From: an uncultured bacterium
GTDB lineage: Bacteria > Acidobacteriota > HRBIN11 > JAKEFK01
DNA length: 64,000 bases
Direction: 5' to 3'
Assembly (NCBI GenBank): GCA_963777505.1
Contig: CAVZQN010000011.1
Coordinates: 1-64,000, forward strand
Positions 50,837 to 60,896 of this stretch are shown here, in pieces. How positions within the stretch are numbered: the stretch's first letter is position 1; each line of letters opens with the position of its first letter. The position numbers and the translations under genes are program-made. The notes below the pieces were generated by a model. That model was not told the origin of the DNA. It saw only the letters and a program-made list of their open reading frames with translations, and did not search any database.

Positions 50837-51880
50837 TTAACGGCGGAGACGCAGAGAAAGATCACTAACGTCAATAGAAGACTGAAGTTCATTAAGAATT
50901 TGTTTGCTCAGATCAAGCATTGCCTCGGGATAATCTCTGTTTTGCTCACGAAAGAGAGCCATATCAAGGAAAGTTGGATTCACATCGACAAAGTCGCTGG
51001 AGAATTTTTGAATTGCAGATTTTGAGAGTTTGATCCCGCTCTTGTTCTTTACAACAGGAAGTAAGAAACGCAAAGGTATTTTTCCCTTGTCGATCCCCAG
51101 AATTTCCAAAACGCTATTTACATTTTGCAAACCTTCATACCAGTCCTGACCTTTAATCATGACCGCGAGAACTTCAGGACTATTTAATGTCATAATTTCT
51201 TTGATTACATTTCTAAATGTTGTTTCTAAGTTAATAAATGTGTCGTTGGAGGAAGTTAACAGAGTTGAATATTCTCCGTGATTCGGGCAGTTGGATTTAA
51301 GAATTGCACCATGATCGCGATCCAAATCAATCTCCGGCCTAACCCATCCATCGAATTGTCCACACTTCGGACAGGGCGATCCAAGCCCACGAACTCCTGT
51401 AGGCGTTCCTGCGAAAGGCAGACCCGAGACGTAGTATTTGAAATTCTTCCATTGGTGAAGGCTTTTCAAAACAGTTGATCGAAAAAACGGATTCAGTTGA
51501 GATGATGAATATGTTTCAAACGTGTAGGAACAACCGGAAAGTGCAGCTAGCCGATCAAGATATGGGAAGTAGTGAAGATTCAGAAATTCGAGTGACTCTG
51601 ATTCAGATCGTTTTTGAAAAACGCAATGAAAGTATGGTCTACTTTGAACTGCATCAGTATCGGAAATGACTGGATCATTATCCAGGAAATGAATGTGAAC
51701 GGAAGCCGGAAGGCTGGTTCGATGTCTTGCTTGTTCGGCAAAAACAAACGTTGATGCCAGCGTTAGATAAGTTCCGATATGTGGATTTCCATTCACACGG
51801 ATACCAACCACAAACTCCAGCCGCTTGATGTTGTTGTCTAATCGGCCGTTCAAACTTTCGGCAATAGGATCAAACCACAT
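50837..51880 (-). CDS. Class I aminoacyl-tRNA synthetase-like protein (LysRS-I/GluRS-like catalytic domain only)
   Basis: GIRVNGNPHIGT (HIGH-like), CPKC...CPNH zinc site, IKGQDW, GIKLSKS (KMSKS-like); 347 aa, ends about 60 aa after KLSKS. Confidence 0.72.
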   Translation of the reverse strand: MWFDPIAESLNGRLDNNIKRLEFVVGIRVNGNPHIGTYLTLASTFVFAEQARHRTSLPASVHIHFLDNDPVISDTDAVQSRPYFHCVFQKRSESESLEFLNLHYFPYLDRLAALSGCSYTFETYSSSQLNPFFRSTVLKSLHQWKNFKYYVSGLPFAGTPTGVRGLGSPCPKCGQFDGWVRPEIDLDRDHGAILKSNCPNHGEYSTLLTSSNDTFINLETTFRNVIKEIMTLNSPEVLAVMIKGQDWYEGLQNVNSVLEILGIDKGKIPLRFLLPVVKNKSGIKLSKSAIQKFSSDFVDVNPTFLDMALFREQNRDYPEAMLDLSKQILNELQSSIDVSDLSLRLRR

Positions 51881-51902
51881 AGCATGATTTTAAACCGCAT
51901 AA

Positions 51903-51986
51903 GGGAGCGCGGACGTCTGGCCTGCTTGGGGACCGCGGACTTCCAGGTCCGCGGTTTCCCAATGCAGGCCAGAGGCCTGCGGTCCC
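51903..51986. repeat. Cluster of three REP-like palindromes (GGGAGCGCGGAC/GGGACCGCGGAC family)
   Basis: GGGAGCGCGGACGTCTGGCCTGC, GGGACCGCGGACTTCCAGGTCCGCGG and inverted TGCAGGCCAGAGGCCTGCGGTCCC. Confidence 0.8.
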
Positions 51987-51991
51987 TTGCT

Positions 51992-54241
51992 TTATATTTC
52001 TTGCTGGCGGAGGAAGTCTTCTTTGACAAGAATATCGCGGGGGCGTGAACCATCCGCTGGACCGACAATTCCTTCAGACTCCATACGGTCGATCATTCGC
52101 GCAGCGCGTCCGTATCCAAGACGAAGTCTCCTTTGAAGATGGGAAATGGAAGCCTGACCTGATGTAATTACAACACGAACTGCATCGTTGTAAAGTTCAT
52201 CATGAAATTGTTCAAACTCCATTTTGGATTGTGGTTCGCGAAGAATTGCTTCGTTGTATTCAGGTTTGCCTTGCCGTATCCAGAATTTTGTCAAACGCCC
52301 AATTTCTTTTTCGCTGACATAGGCTCCGTGAACTCTCACTAAACGGGAACTCATTGGAGGAATAAAAAGCATGTCACCCTGACCAAGAAGGGCTTCTGCT
52401 CCTTTTTGATCCAGAATTGTTTTTGAATCATGGCCGGATGGCATTCGAAAAGCAATACGACACGGAAAGTTCGCCTTGATGACACCAGTAATGACATCCA
52501 CAGAGGGACGTTGTGTTGCAACAATCAAATGGATTCCAACTGCGCGGGCCATTTGAGCCAGTCTTTGAATGGATTCCTCAACATCAGGACCGCACGTCAT
52601 CATCAAATCCGCGAGCTCATCAACAACAACCACAATGTAAGAAAGCGGTTTTAGTTGTTTACGTTGTTCATCTGTAAGTGATGCCTGTAAATTCTCATCA
52701 ACAAACATTTGATTGAATTGATCGATGTTGCGAACGTTGAAGCTTGCCAATTGACGATATCGTTCTTCCATTTCGCTAACGGCCCACTTCAACGCATTTG
52801 ATGCAAGTTTCGGTTCTACAACGACAGGAACCATGAGATGCGGAATGTCTTCGTACAAACTTAGCTCCAGGCGTTTTGGATCGATCAGGATGAACTTCAC
52901 TTCTTCTGGAGTCGCTTTATACAAAATACTGCAAAGCATCGCATTGATCGCTACGCTTTTGCCTGAATTCGTTGAGCCGGCAATCAGCAGGTGAGGCATC
53001 CGTTTTAGATCGGATGAGTAAACATCTCCATGGATCAATTTGCCGAGTCCAAGTGTTAACGGGGAACCAGTTTGCTGAAAGTTTTGCGATCCGAGAATTT
53101 CGCGCAGCATGATGACGTCACGACGGCTATTAGGAACTTCAATCCCGATTGTGGATTGGCCGGCGAGCCGATCAATGCGCAAGGATTCAGCCTTTAAGGC
53201 CATGGAAAGATCGTTTGCCATGCTGACGATCTTGCTGTACTTGATGCCGGCTTCCGGTTTGAATTCATATGTAGTTACAATCGGGCCTGGATGAATTTCA
53301 GTGACTGATCCGTTGATTGCAAATTCTGCTAACTTTCCTGTAATCAATTTGGACTTTTCAACAAGTTCTTTTTTATCAACCACCGATTCCAAAACAGGTG
53401 CTTCTAAAAGCGTCATCGGTGGAAGAACATAATTTTCACTCATATCGCGGAAGTCCAACTGAATCGGTTCCTCTTCCGATTTAGTTGTTGCAGAGGCCGG
53501 AGCTACGATTGCAGCCGTTGGCCCTCCCTTGGTGTCTTGCTTTTTGTTTTTGAGGATCGGTATTTCCGACTGTTTTTCGATCCGCTCTATGTGTTTCTGA
53601 ATTACTTTTTTACGTTCGCGAACCTTTAACTCAGTTTCCATCTTTTTGCGAAACCCAAGTTTGATGCTGCGAATTGCCGAAACCGCACGTGAAAAACCAA
53701 TTTCCACAATTTTTCCAAGAGACAGTTGAACGAGTAAAAGGAGTGACAAGAGTAATGAGGTTGCAAGTACAAGGAGCGCGCCTGCGAAGCCTGCGTTCGC
53801 TTGAAGTGTATGAAATAAGAGCGTACCGATCCAGCCACCGGCTTCCATTGAAAAGTCTTTAAAAGTTCCGTCTGAAAGGCGTGATGTGACTGTCCAGCGG
53901 CCAATCAACAAATCTAAGAAACCACAAACTGAGATAACGAATAAAAAGATGCCGATAATTTTTGTGTATGCCGCGTCGATTTGACGTTTCATGAAATCAG
54001 CGAATGCCATTGCAATCAAAGCAACAGGAATCAAATAGGCTGCAAGTCCGAAAAATAAGAAAAGGAAATCCGAGACATATGCACCAGCTGGACCTGCGTA
54101 GTTTTCTGTACGAAGCCGGTCTGAACTTACGTTGAAAGACGGATCAAGCCGATCATAAGTCGCCAGGCTGATCAAAAGGAAAAATGCCAGAGCCAGCATT
54201 ATGATGCCGCGTATTTCTCGTTTTATGTTGTTTTCAGCCAT
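51992..54241 (-). CDS. ftsK: DNA translocase FtsK
   Basis: 4-TM N-domain, PHLLIAGSTNSGKS, IDPK, VDELADLM, ATQRPSVDVITG, gamma domain QRRLRLGYGRAAR. Confidence 0.97.
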   Translation of the reverse strand: MAENNIKREIRGIIMLALAFFLLISLATYDRLDPSFNVSSDRLRTENYAGPAGAYVSDFLFLFFGLAAYLIPVALIAMAFADFMKRQIDAAYTKIIGIFLFVISVCGFLDLLIGRWTVTSRLSDGTFKDFSMEAGGWIGTLLFHTLQANAGFAGALLVLATSLLLSLLLLVQLSLGKIVEIGFSRAVSAIRSIKLGFRKKMETELKVRERKKVIQKHIERIEKQSEIPILKNKKQDTKGGPTAAIVAPASATTKSEEEPIQLDFRDMSENYVLPPMTLLEAPVLESVVDKKELVEKSKLITGKLAEFAINGSVTEIHPGPIVTTYEFKPEAGIKYSKIVSMANDLSMALKAESLRIDRLAGQSTIGIEVPNSRRDVIMLREILGSQNFQQTGSPLTLGLGKLIHGDVYSSDLKRMPHLLIAGSTNSGKSVAINAMLCSILYKATPEEVKFILIDPKRLELSLYEDIPHLMVPVVVEPKLASNALKWAVSEMEERYRQLASFNVRNIDQFNQMFVDENLQASLTDEQRKQLKPLSYIVVVVDELADLMMTCGPDVEESIQRLAQMARAVGIHLIVATQRPSVDVITGVIKANFPCRIAFRMPSGHDSKTILDQKGAEALLGQGDMLFIPPMSSRLVRVHGAYVSEKEIGRLTKFWIRQGKPEYNEAILREPQSKMEFEQFHDELYNDAVRVVITSGQASISHLQRRLRLGYGRAARMIDRMESEGIVGPADGSRPRDILVKEDFLRQQEI

Positions 54242-55047
54242 ATATACCCGAGCAATAAAGTTCCGGCTCCTATGCAATAAACTCCAAACCAGAAGAAACG
54301 TGAAGCGGCTAAAATTCGAATCAGGGGGCGGATCGTCAAATATCCAAGTACACCAGCAACGATTCCCGAGGTAGTGTAAAGAAGCACATCATTCATGTTA
54401 TTGATGGCTTTGCCGATTGCAGGTAATTCCAGGATGACTGCGCCAAGAATAGCTGGAATGGAAAGTAGAAACGAAAACCGTCCTGCAGTGACTGGATTTA
54501 ATCCAAGAAACAATGCGGCTGAAATTGTGGCTCCCGATCTTGAAACCGCTGGAAATAGAGATAGTCCTTGAAAGATACCGATCACTAAAGCATCGGCACT
54601 TTTCATTTCTGCAAAACCCCTTGTCGTGTTCTTCTTAAAGATAGTGAGAAGCATGAGGGCTCCCCCGATCAAAAATTCCACACCAATGTGCTTCAAGTCT
54701 GAGAAAGCCGCTTCTACCTGAGATTTAAACAGCAACCCTATTACCGCAGTTGGAACTGTGGCAATCACAAGTAAAGCAATTAGTTTGTGTGGGTTTTCCG
54801 TATCCCAGGAGGGCCTAAGAACAGCCATTGGCCGTCCCAGTGAGCGAATCATCTCCAGCACATCCGTTCGGTAATAAATGAGGACTGCTATCAACGTTCC
54901 GAGGTGCAGTACTACATCAAATGCTACCGGCGGTTCCTCAAATCCGAGCAGTAACTGTGTCACTGCAAGATGACCCGATGAGCTGATCGGAATAAATTCG
55001 GTCAACCCTTGAATCACAGCGAGCAGTATCGCAATCAGGAACTGCAT
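54223..55047 (-). CDS. uppP: Undecaprenyl-diphosphate phosphatase
   Basis: QGLTEFIPISSSGHL, HLGT, PAVSRSGATI, FSFLLSIP. Confidence 0.96.
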   Translation of the reverse strand: MQFLIAILLAVIQGLTEFIPISSSGHLAVTQLLLGFEEPPVAFDVVLHLGTLIAVLIYYRTDVLEMIRSLGRPMAVLRPSWDTENPHKLIALLVIATVPTAVIGLLFKSQVEAAFSDLKHIGVEFLIGGALMLLTIFKKNTTRGFAEMKSADALVIGIFQGLSLFPAVSRSGATISAALFLGLNPVTAGRFSFLLSIPAILGAVILELPAIGKAINNMNDVLLYTTSGIVAGVLGYLTIRPLIRILAASRFFWFGVYCIGAGTLLLGYIWLKTT

Positions 55048-55101
55048 CGGTCTAGAAGTATAGCATAATCAATCATATTACAACAGTAATACGGGCGTGT
55101 A

Positions 55102-55186
55102 GTAGGCCGGCCGCGGAAGCTGTAGACGCGGCCCGGCCTCATATTGTTCTAGCAGACTCGGGCGCCGGCTTCCGACCCCACCCTAC
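55102..55186. repeat. Degenerate REP-like doublet, GTAG/CTAC family
   Basis: GTAGGCCGGCCGCG...CGCGGCCCGGCCT and ...CCCACCCTAC overlapping the rsmA stop. Confidence 0.55.
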
Positions 55187-55947
55187 AAATGCCTCGCTAA
55201 CTCTTCAAACTGCTTTGGGGTTAAGTTCTCAGCCCTGACATTTTCAGAGATTTTCAGTTCTTTAAAAATGGCATCAAGCCGGCCGGATTCAACGCCTAAT
55301 TCACGCATCAGATTATTCCGCAGCTTTTTCCTGCGCTGAGAGAATGCCATTTGCAGCAGTTTAGAATATTGATCAAATCCTACTGAAGCATCGTTGTTAA
55401 ACCTGAAATGGAGGACTCTCGAATCGACTTCCGGCATAGGACGAAAGGATCTCTTACTTACCTTAAAACCTTTTTCTATCGTACAAAAATACTGAGATAA
55501 AACCGAAAGCAAACTATATTCAGAATCAGAAGGGGGAGCGAGAATCCTTTGTGCAACTTCTTCTTGAAACATCAACACCACGTCTTCTATCGAATCTCTC
55601 TGCCGGATTAGCGAAGACAGAATCGATGTCGAAATGTAATAAGGAAGATTGCCCAGGATTCGCAATTTAGAGCCGGCGTTTAACGATGCCAGATTGATTT
55701 TTAAGACATCAGCATGAACGATCTCAATATTGGGAATGTTTTGAAGTTGTGGAATTAATCTTGAGTCGATTTCAATTGCAAAATATTTTGAGACGCGGGG
55801 CGAGATAATCTTTGTTAAAACACCAGCACCTGCTCCGATTTCAACGACAACATCGTTAGGCTGCGGGTTAAAAAGTGCGACGATTTTTTCAACTATGTTT
55901 TTGTCTTGTAAAAAATTTTGACCTAGTTTCGGCTTTTTCTTAACCAC
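55183..55947 (-). CDS. rsmA: 16S rRNA adenine dimethyltransferase
   Basis: KLGQNFL, EIGAGAG, EID, GNLPYYIST, MFQEEVA, F.P.P.VDS, FSQRRK.L.N, RAE.L. Confidence 0.97.
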   Translation of the reverse strand: MVKKKPKLGQNFLQDKNIVEKIVALFNPQPNDVVVEIGAGAGVLTKIISPRVSKYFAIEIDSRLIPQLQNIPNIEIVHADVLKINLASLNAGSKLRILGNLPYYISTSILSSLIRQRDSIEDVVLMFQEEVAQRILAPPSDSEYSLLSVLSQYFCTIEKGFKVSKRSFRPMPEVDSRVLHFRFNNDASVGFDQYSKLLQMAFSQRRKKLRNNLMRELGVESGRLDAIFKELKISENVRAENLTPKQFEELARHL

Positions 55948-55960
55948 AAAGACACAGAGA

Positions 55961-57772
55961 TCAAAAAGGGGGTTCTTCTTCTGTTTCGTCTACAACTTCT
56001 TCTTCAGGAATTTCTTCCGGCTGCTCTTCTTCCGGTGGCACATCTTCCTGATAGGCAGGTGGAAGTGAGGGAACGGGTGAATACGGACGGTAGGTGCTTC
56101 CTTGCTGTTCCTCTATACCGAGCCACAGCATTTTTTCGTCATCAGATGTTATTGTTAGATTGCGAATCACATGTGGACTTAAAGCTAAAACGACATCCGT
56201 TTCACGAATCTCATTTTCATTGGACGCAAACAACTTCCCAAGAAATGGAATTTCAGCAAAGCCAGGAATGCCTTTCAAAGCTTTCCTTTCTTCATCGCGG
56301 ATTAACCCTGCAATGATGTTCGTTTCTCCTTCTTTCAAACGGATGGTTTTTTCGACACGGCTTGTGCTGAATTGTGGAAGATTTCCAAATCCCGAACCTG
56401 AAATCGCGCTGCTTTCGATGATCACCTCCAAAGTGACTTCACGATTCCGGTGAACTCTTGGAGTGATGTCGATATTGATTCCAACATCGCGATAAATGAA
56501 TGACGTAATAGGCTGTTGATTAACGCCTCCTGTCGCGATAGGAGCGAAGGTCGTTTGCGGTACCGGCACTTGATTGCCAAAACGCACACGGCCAGTTTCT
56601 CCAACAACCGTACGCAGCGGTAAGTTTGCCAATAATTTTGAATCACTTGTACTTTTTAAAAGCCGTAGTGTGGCTTGCGGAAAGTTTGTTATAAAGAAAT
56701 TAGACCGTGAAACAACTGGTCCGGGTTCAATTCTCAACTTTTCCGGATCCGTTGCCAGAGTCGTAGAGATTCCATCTTCACCAGGAGAATGGATATGTAA
56801 ACCATACTGCTGCAAACGCGAGCGGTTGATTTCAAGAATTTCTACATCAACCACGACTTCAGGCTTTCCTTTATCCAGCTGTTGCACAATTTTCTCTGCC
56901 GCAAGAACTCTTGTAATCCGGTCTTTCACTGTCACCGTATTCAAACGTACATTTGTCGCTACCATTTGAATACCAAGCACATTCCGAAGGGTGCGGGCGA
57001 TTTCCTCCACTTCAGCATTGGATAAGAAAAATGTACGGCTGACAGTTTCTTCATACTCCGCTCGTTTCTGTGGATTATCAGGCGCAATCATGATCGTATT
57101 TTTGCCAATGACTTTATAGAAATTGTGACTGCTGGTTAAAACAGTATCGAGGGCTTGAATGAAAGTCGTGTTGTGAAAATCGAAGCTTACGGGCATGTCG
57201 TTGAAGTCTTTATCGAACAGCACATTGACGTCGCCCAACTTTCCCAAAGTTTGTAATACTTCTTTTAATGAAGTGTCTTTGAACTTTAACTCAATCGATA
57301 CGCCAGGGCGCGGGTTAAATTCTGGCTGCAACGCAACACTCGGTAATTCTGAAACAGGTCTTTCGACATGTGTTTCAGGCTGCTGTAATGGGGTTTGATT
57401 CTCAATCATCTTTCTAACGCGATCATATTCTTCACCAGCAGTTCTATTGTCCGGATCGAGATCTATCGCCAGTGCGAGTTCCATAACTGCTTCTTGAAGT
57501 TTGCCTTCTTCCAGTCTTCGTTTTGCTTCTTCGTAATGCAATCGTGACGCAAAAACCTTGGCCATACTTAATTTCAATTTGATTTCGGGATCATTTGGAT
57601 CAGAAACAAGTGCACGCGAATATTCTGCAACAGCGACATCCCAGTTTTTATTTTTAAGTGCAACCTCTGCGTCATGAAATGCTTTATTTCCCGCGCAAGA
57701 AGGAAGGATGAGTAACGAAATGATCAACGAAAGCAGGAAAGAACAACGCAGCGCATTCATGCGCTGACCCAT
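55961..57772 (-). CDS. Secretin (GspD/PilQ-like) lipoprotein with N-terminal TPR region
   Basis: Lipobox LPSC, TPR helices, STN/N domains, LDKGKPEVVVDVEILE, YRDVGINIDITP, GIPGFAEIPFLGKLF, LSPHVI. Confidence 0.9.
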   Translation of the reverse strand: MGQRMNALRCSFLLSLIISLLILPSCAGNKAFHDAEVALKNKNWDVAVAEYSRALVSDPNDPEIKLKLSMAKVFASRLHYEEAKRRLEEGKLQEAVMELALAIDLDPDNRTAGEEYDRVRKMIENQTPLQQPETHVERPVSELPSVALQPEFNPRPGVSIELKFKDTSLKEVLQTLGKLGDVNVLFDKDFNDMPVSFDFHNTTFIQALDTVLTSSHNFYKVIGKNTIMIAPDNPQKRAEYEETVSRTFFLSNAEVEEIARTLRNVLGIQMVATNVRLNTVTVKDRITRVLAAEKIVQQLDKGKPEVVVDVEILEINRSRLQQYGLHIHSPGEDGISTTLATDPEKLRIEPGPVVSRSNFFITNFPQATLRLLKSTSDSKLLANLPLRTVVGETGRVRFGNQVPVPQTTFAPIATGGVNQQPITSFIYRDVGINIDITPRVHRNREVTLEVIIESSAISGSGFGNLPQFSTSRVEKTIRLKEGETNIIAGLIRDEERKALKGIPGFAEIPFLGKLFASNENEIRETDVVLALSPHVIRNLTITSDDEKMLWLGIEEQQGSTYRPYSPVPSLPPAYQEDVPPEEEQPEEIPEEEVVDETEEEPPF

Positions 57773-57839
57773 GGTAAGTCGAGATCTTCGATCATATGTA
57801 TTTATAGCTCTGCCGGCCAGAGGCCAGCGTTACAAATTC

Positions 57840-59642
57840 CTACTCCATCGCTGCTTCAGAGTATAAGCTGTCAATGATTTCTTTATATTTTTTCTCGACC
57901 ACATTCCGTTTAATTTTCAGACTCGGAGTTAACTCCCCCGATTCAATTGTAAATTCCCGTTCAAGCAAGGCGATTTTTTTCACACGCTCAAAAGGAGCGA
58001 GATCTTTGCTTTGAGCGTCCAGATCTTTCTGGATTTCAGCAAGAATGATTTTGCTTTTTAAGAGTTCTGGATCAGTAATTGTATTTGCTGCTGCAAGTTT
58101 TTTCAGATTATCCATGTTTGGCACTATTAAAGCACAGGGGTATTTACGCTTATCACCCAAAACAACAATCTGGACAACATAACGGGAAGTTTTCAGTGCA
58201 TTCTCCACAAATTGTGGCGCAATATTCTTTCCGCCAGAAGTTACGATCAAATCTTTCTTCCTATCCGTAATCCGCAGAAATCCATCCGGATCGATTTCAC
58301 CAATATCTCCGGTGCGAAACCATTGATCCGGCGTAATGACTTCATCAGTTGCCTTCTGCTTATTGTAATAGCCTTTCATGACATGGGGTCCTTTTGTGAG
58401 AATTTCACCATCTTCGGCAATTTTAACTTGAACCCCTGGAATCGACGGACCGACAGTCCCAAATTTGAACTTTTCAGGTCTGTTGACACAGATCACTGGA
58501 GACGTCTCCGTAAGCCCATAACCTTCCAAGATAGTAAGACCCATGCCGTAGAAGAAAAGGCCGAGCTGCTTCGGAAGTGCAGCACCCCCTGAAAGCATGA
58601 CTCTCAGTCTGCCTCCAAGGCGGCTGCGAATTTTACCGAGCACAAGCTTGTCGGCAATTTTGTACTTAAATGCCAGCCCGGAAGGAACAGGTTGGCCGCT
58701 CAATTTCTTTTCAGTGTGTTGGGATGCAACACGAAGTGACCATGTAGCCAACTTCTTTTTGATTCCATGTTCTCCTGCAACGTTATCCATAACACGTTGA
58801 TAAAACTTTTCATAAACACGTGGAACTGAAATCAGAATGGTCGGCTTAATTTCATCAAGATTTTTTACAAGAGATTCAATATTTTCAGCGTATGCAATTG
58901 TGCATCCAGAAAAGAGCATCGTATAGTACCCAGCCATCCGCTCAAAGATATGACTTAACGGCAGAAACGAAAGAGAGCAATCATTCTTCTGAAAAACGAA
59001 TAAATCATAAACAGCTTGAACGTTACTCATCACATTTCTGTTTGTAAGCATCACGCCTTTTGGTTCGCCTGTAGTTCCTGAAGTGTAAATGATGCTGAAA
59101 ACATCATCAGGCTGAATAGTGGCGGCCCGGTCGCGGACCATTGAAGGATTTTTTTTCACTATCTCTTTGCCTTCAGCAACAACAGATGAAAATGAAACCA
59201 CACCTTCAGGAATGCTGGCCGGAGCATCAAATACAACAATCTTTTGGATTTGTGGTAAATTGTTTCGAATTTCAAGAATCTTGTTCAATTGAGCTTCATT
59301 TGAAATGAACACAACTTGCATTTGTGAATCTTTGATTATGTATTCGATCTGAACCGCTGGAAGCGTTCCGTAAATCGGAACTGTTATTCCGCCTGCGGAT
59401 AGAATTCCGAAATCGGTATAAGTCCACTCAGGTCTATTTTCAGATAGCAGACCGATCCGGTCACCTTTTTGTGTACCCCAATGCATCAAAGCGGCTGCCA
59501 CGGCTTCCGCAGTTTCAACAACTTCAGCGCCGGAGATGTTTACGTATGTTCCATCTCTTTTTACCTTCAAGCAGTCGGGTTTATTGAATTCGGCTGTTTT
59601 CTTAAAGATAAGTTCGGGCAGTGTCTGAATTGTGTCTGTCAT
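57840..59642 (-). CDS. Long-chain fatty acid-CoA ligase (AMP-dependent synthetase)
   Basis: Start MTDTIQTL at 59642 (TAATG overlap with the FadL stop); YTSGTTGEPKG, EGYGLTE, TGDIG, TDRKKD, ELTPSLK. Confidence 0.93.
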   Translation of the reverse strand: MTDTIQTLPELIFKKTAEFNKPDCLKVKRDGTYVNISGAEVVETAEAVAAALMHWGTQKGDRIGLLSENRPEWTYTDFGILSAGGITVPIYGTLPAVQIEYIIKDSQMQVVFISNEAQLNKILEIRNNLPQIQKIVVFDAPASIPEGVVSFSSVVAEGKEIVKKNPSMVRDRAATIQPDDVFSIIYTSGTTGEPKGVMLTNRNVMSNVQAVYDLFVFQKNDCSLSFLPLSHIFERMAGYYTMLFSGCTIAYAENIESLVKNLDEIKPTILISVPRVYEKFYQRVMDNVAGEHGIKKKLATWSLRVASQHTEKKLSGQPVPSGLAFKYKIADKLVLGKIRSRLGGRLRVMLSGGAALPKQLGLFFYGMGLTILEGYGLTETSPVICVNRPEKFKFGTVGPSIPGVQVKIAEDGEILTKGPHVMKGYYNKQKATDEVITPDQWFRTGDIGEIDPDGFLRITDRKKDLIVTSGGKNIAPQFVENALKTSRYVVQIVVLGDKRKYPCALIVPNMDNLKKLAAANTITDPELLKSKIILAEIQKDLDAQSKDLAPFERVKKIALLEREFTIESGELTPSLKIKRNVVEKKYKEIIDSLYSEAAME

Positions 59643-60877
59643 TAGAACTTGTAGCCAAAACCAAATGAGAGCAAGATTTGCATTTGTACTGTATTCACCT
59701 GCGGCAGCGACATTTCCTGGAGGTGTTACAAAGTTATCCAGAGGTGAGGTTCTGTCTTCAGAAAACACAGCCATATATGCGACATCAAATGTCCAGCCTT
59801 CTTCCATATAACCTAATCCTACTGAAAGAGAATTTCTGGAACCATCAGGAAGGATTGGATCGATAGCACGATCTGGTACTGGAGATTCATCGTAGAAATA
59901 CCCGCCGCGCAGTGCCCATTGATCTGTGAGGCTGTATTCAGCGCCAATTCGAAGACTCCAACTATTGTCGAAGTTCCTTGTAATAATGACATCCCTCAAT
60001 GCTGGAGTGTTCTCAAGGAAGTCGAGTGTAATTTGCTGAAGCTCATCCCAAAATGTGAAAATAAGGTCGCCTTCAATTGAAAGCTTCTCATAAGATGTTG
60101 CGGCGCCAATCATGAACTGTGCAGGCAATGGCAGCTCAAGGGCGCTTCACCTTCGGGAAAAAATGATATCAAGGCCGGAGGAATTCCAGTAAATGAAGTA
60201 TCACCTTCGTAATCTACTTCCATTTTGTTTTTGTAGGTGACCGCAAAATCAAGATTGCTATTCGTTTCGACCAGCACGTCCAAGATTGAATCCGAAATCC
60301 GTTCCATCGGAATCAACTTCATTCGATATGATTACAGGCGCAAGCGGCGCCAGGTTTACTTGCCGCTCAATTCGATTTGTGACCAGGTAAAATCGAAGCC
60401 TCCACCAACCGATACATTTTGAGTAATCCGATAAGCAATCGATGGTGTTATATACAATACTTTCAAATCTGCTCTCTGACTTACGAAAGAAGGCGAGTGA
60501 TCCTTCGGGCCATTCCGTTTTTAATCCAAAAGGAGTGTAAGCACCGATACCAAAGAACCAATTGTCTGATAACTGATTTGCCAATAGAAATTTGGCGGGA
60601 AAAAGTTTCCTTCGACTGCTTCAAATGTAAGACCTGTAGCAAGGGGGGTGAAATCGCCGGAAGTATTAATCCAAGTACCGCTTGCGTAAATTTCCGATCT
60701 CTCAATCCTTGATAAAGCAGCCGGATTGTACCAGACTGCGGAGGCATCATCGACTCTGACAATATAAGCATGCGCCATACCGTGGGCGCGTGCATTCATT
60801 TCATAAAGGGCATAACCACTGGCGCTGCAGATCACCGGAATGAACATGAGAATAAGAAGGGAGAGAATTTTCTTCAT
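59642..60877 (-). pseudogene. FadL/OmpP1-family outer-membrane channel for hydrophobic compounds, broken by six single-base frameshifts as sequenced
   Basis: Signal peptide, ASGYALYE, DDASAVWYNPA, YTPFGL, LRGGYFYDESP, ILPD, C-terminal FGFGYKF*. Shifts near 60584, 60490, 60368, 60279, 60143 and 59672; probably sequencing indels. Confidence 0.85.
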
Positions 60878-60896
60878 ATTAGCCTCCTGATTGGCA

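Noticed and set aside
57840-60128. 762-aa ORF that looks like a beta-barrel/acyl-CoA ligase fusion
   Set aside because: A 1-nt indel near 59672 joins the FadL C-terminus to the ligase frame. The proper FadL end (FGFGYKF-TAA) and the ligase ATG overlap as TAATG.
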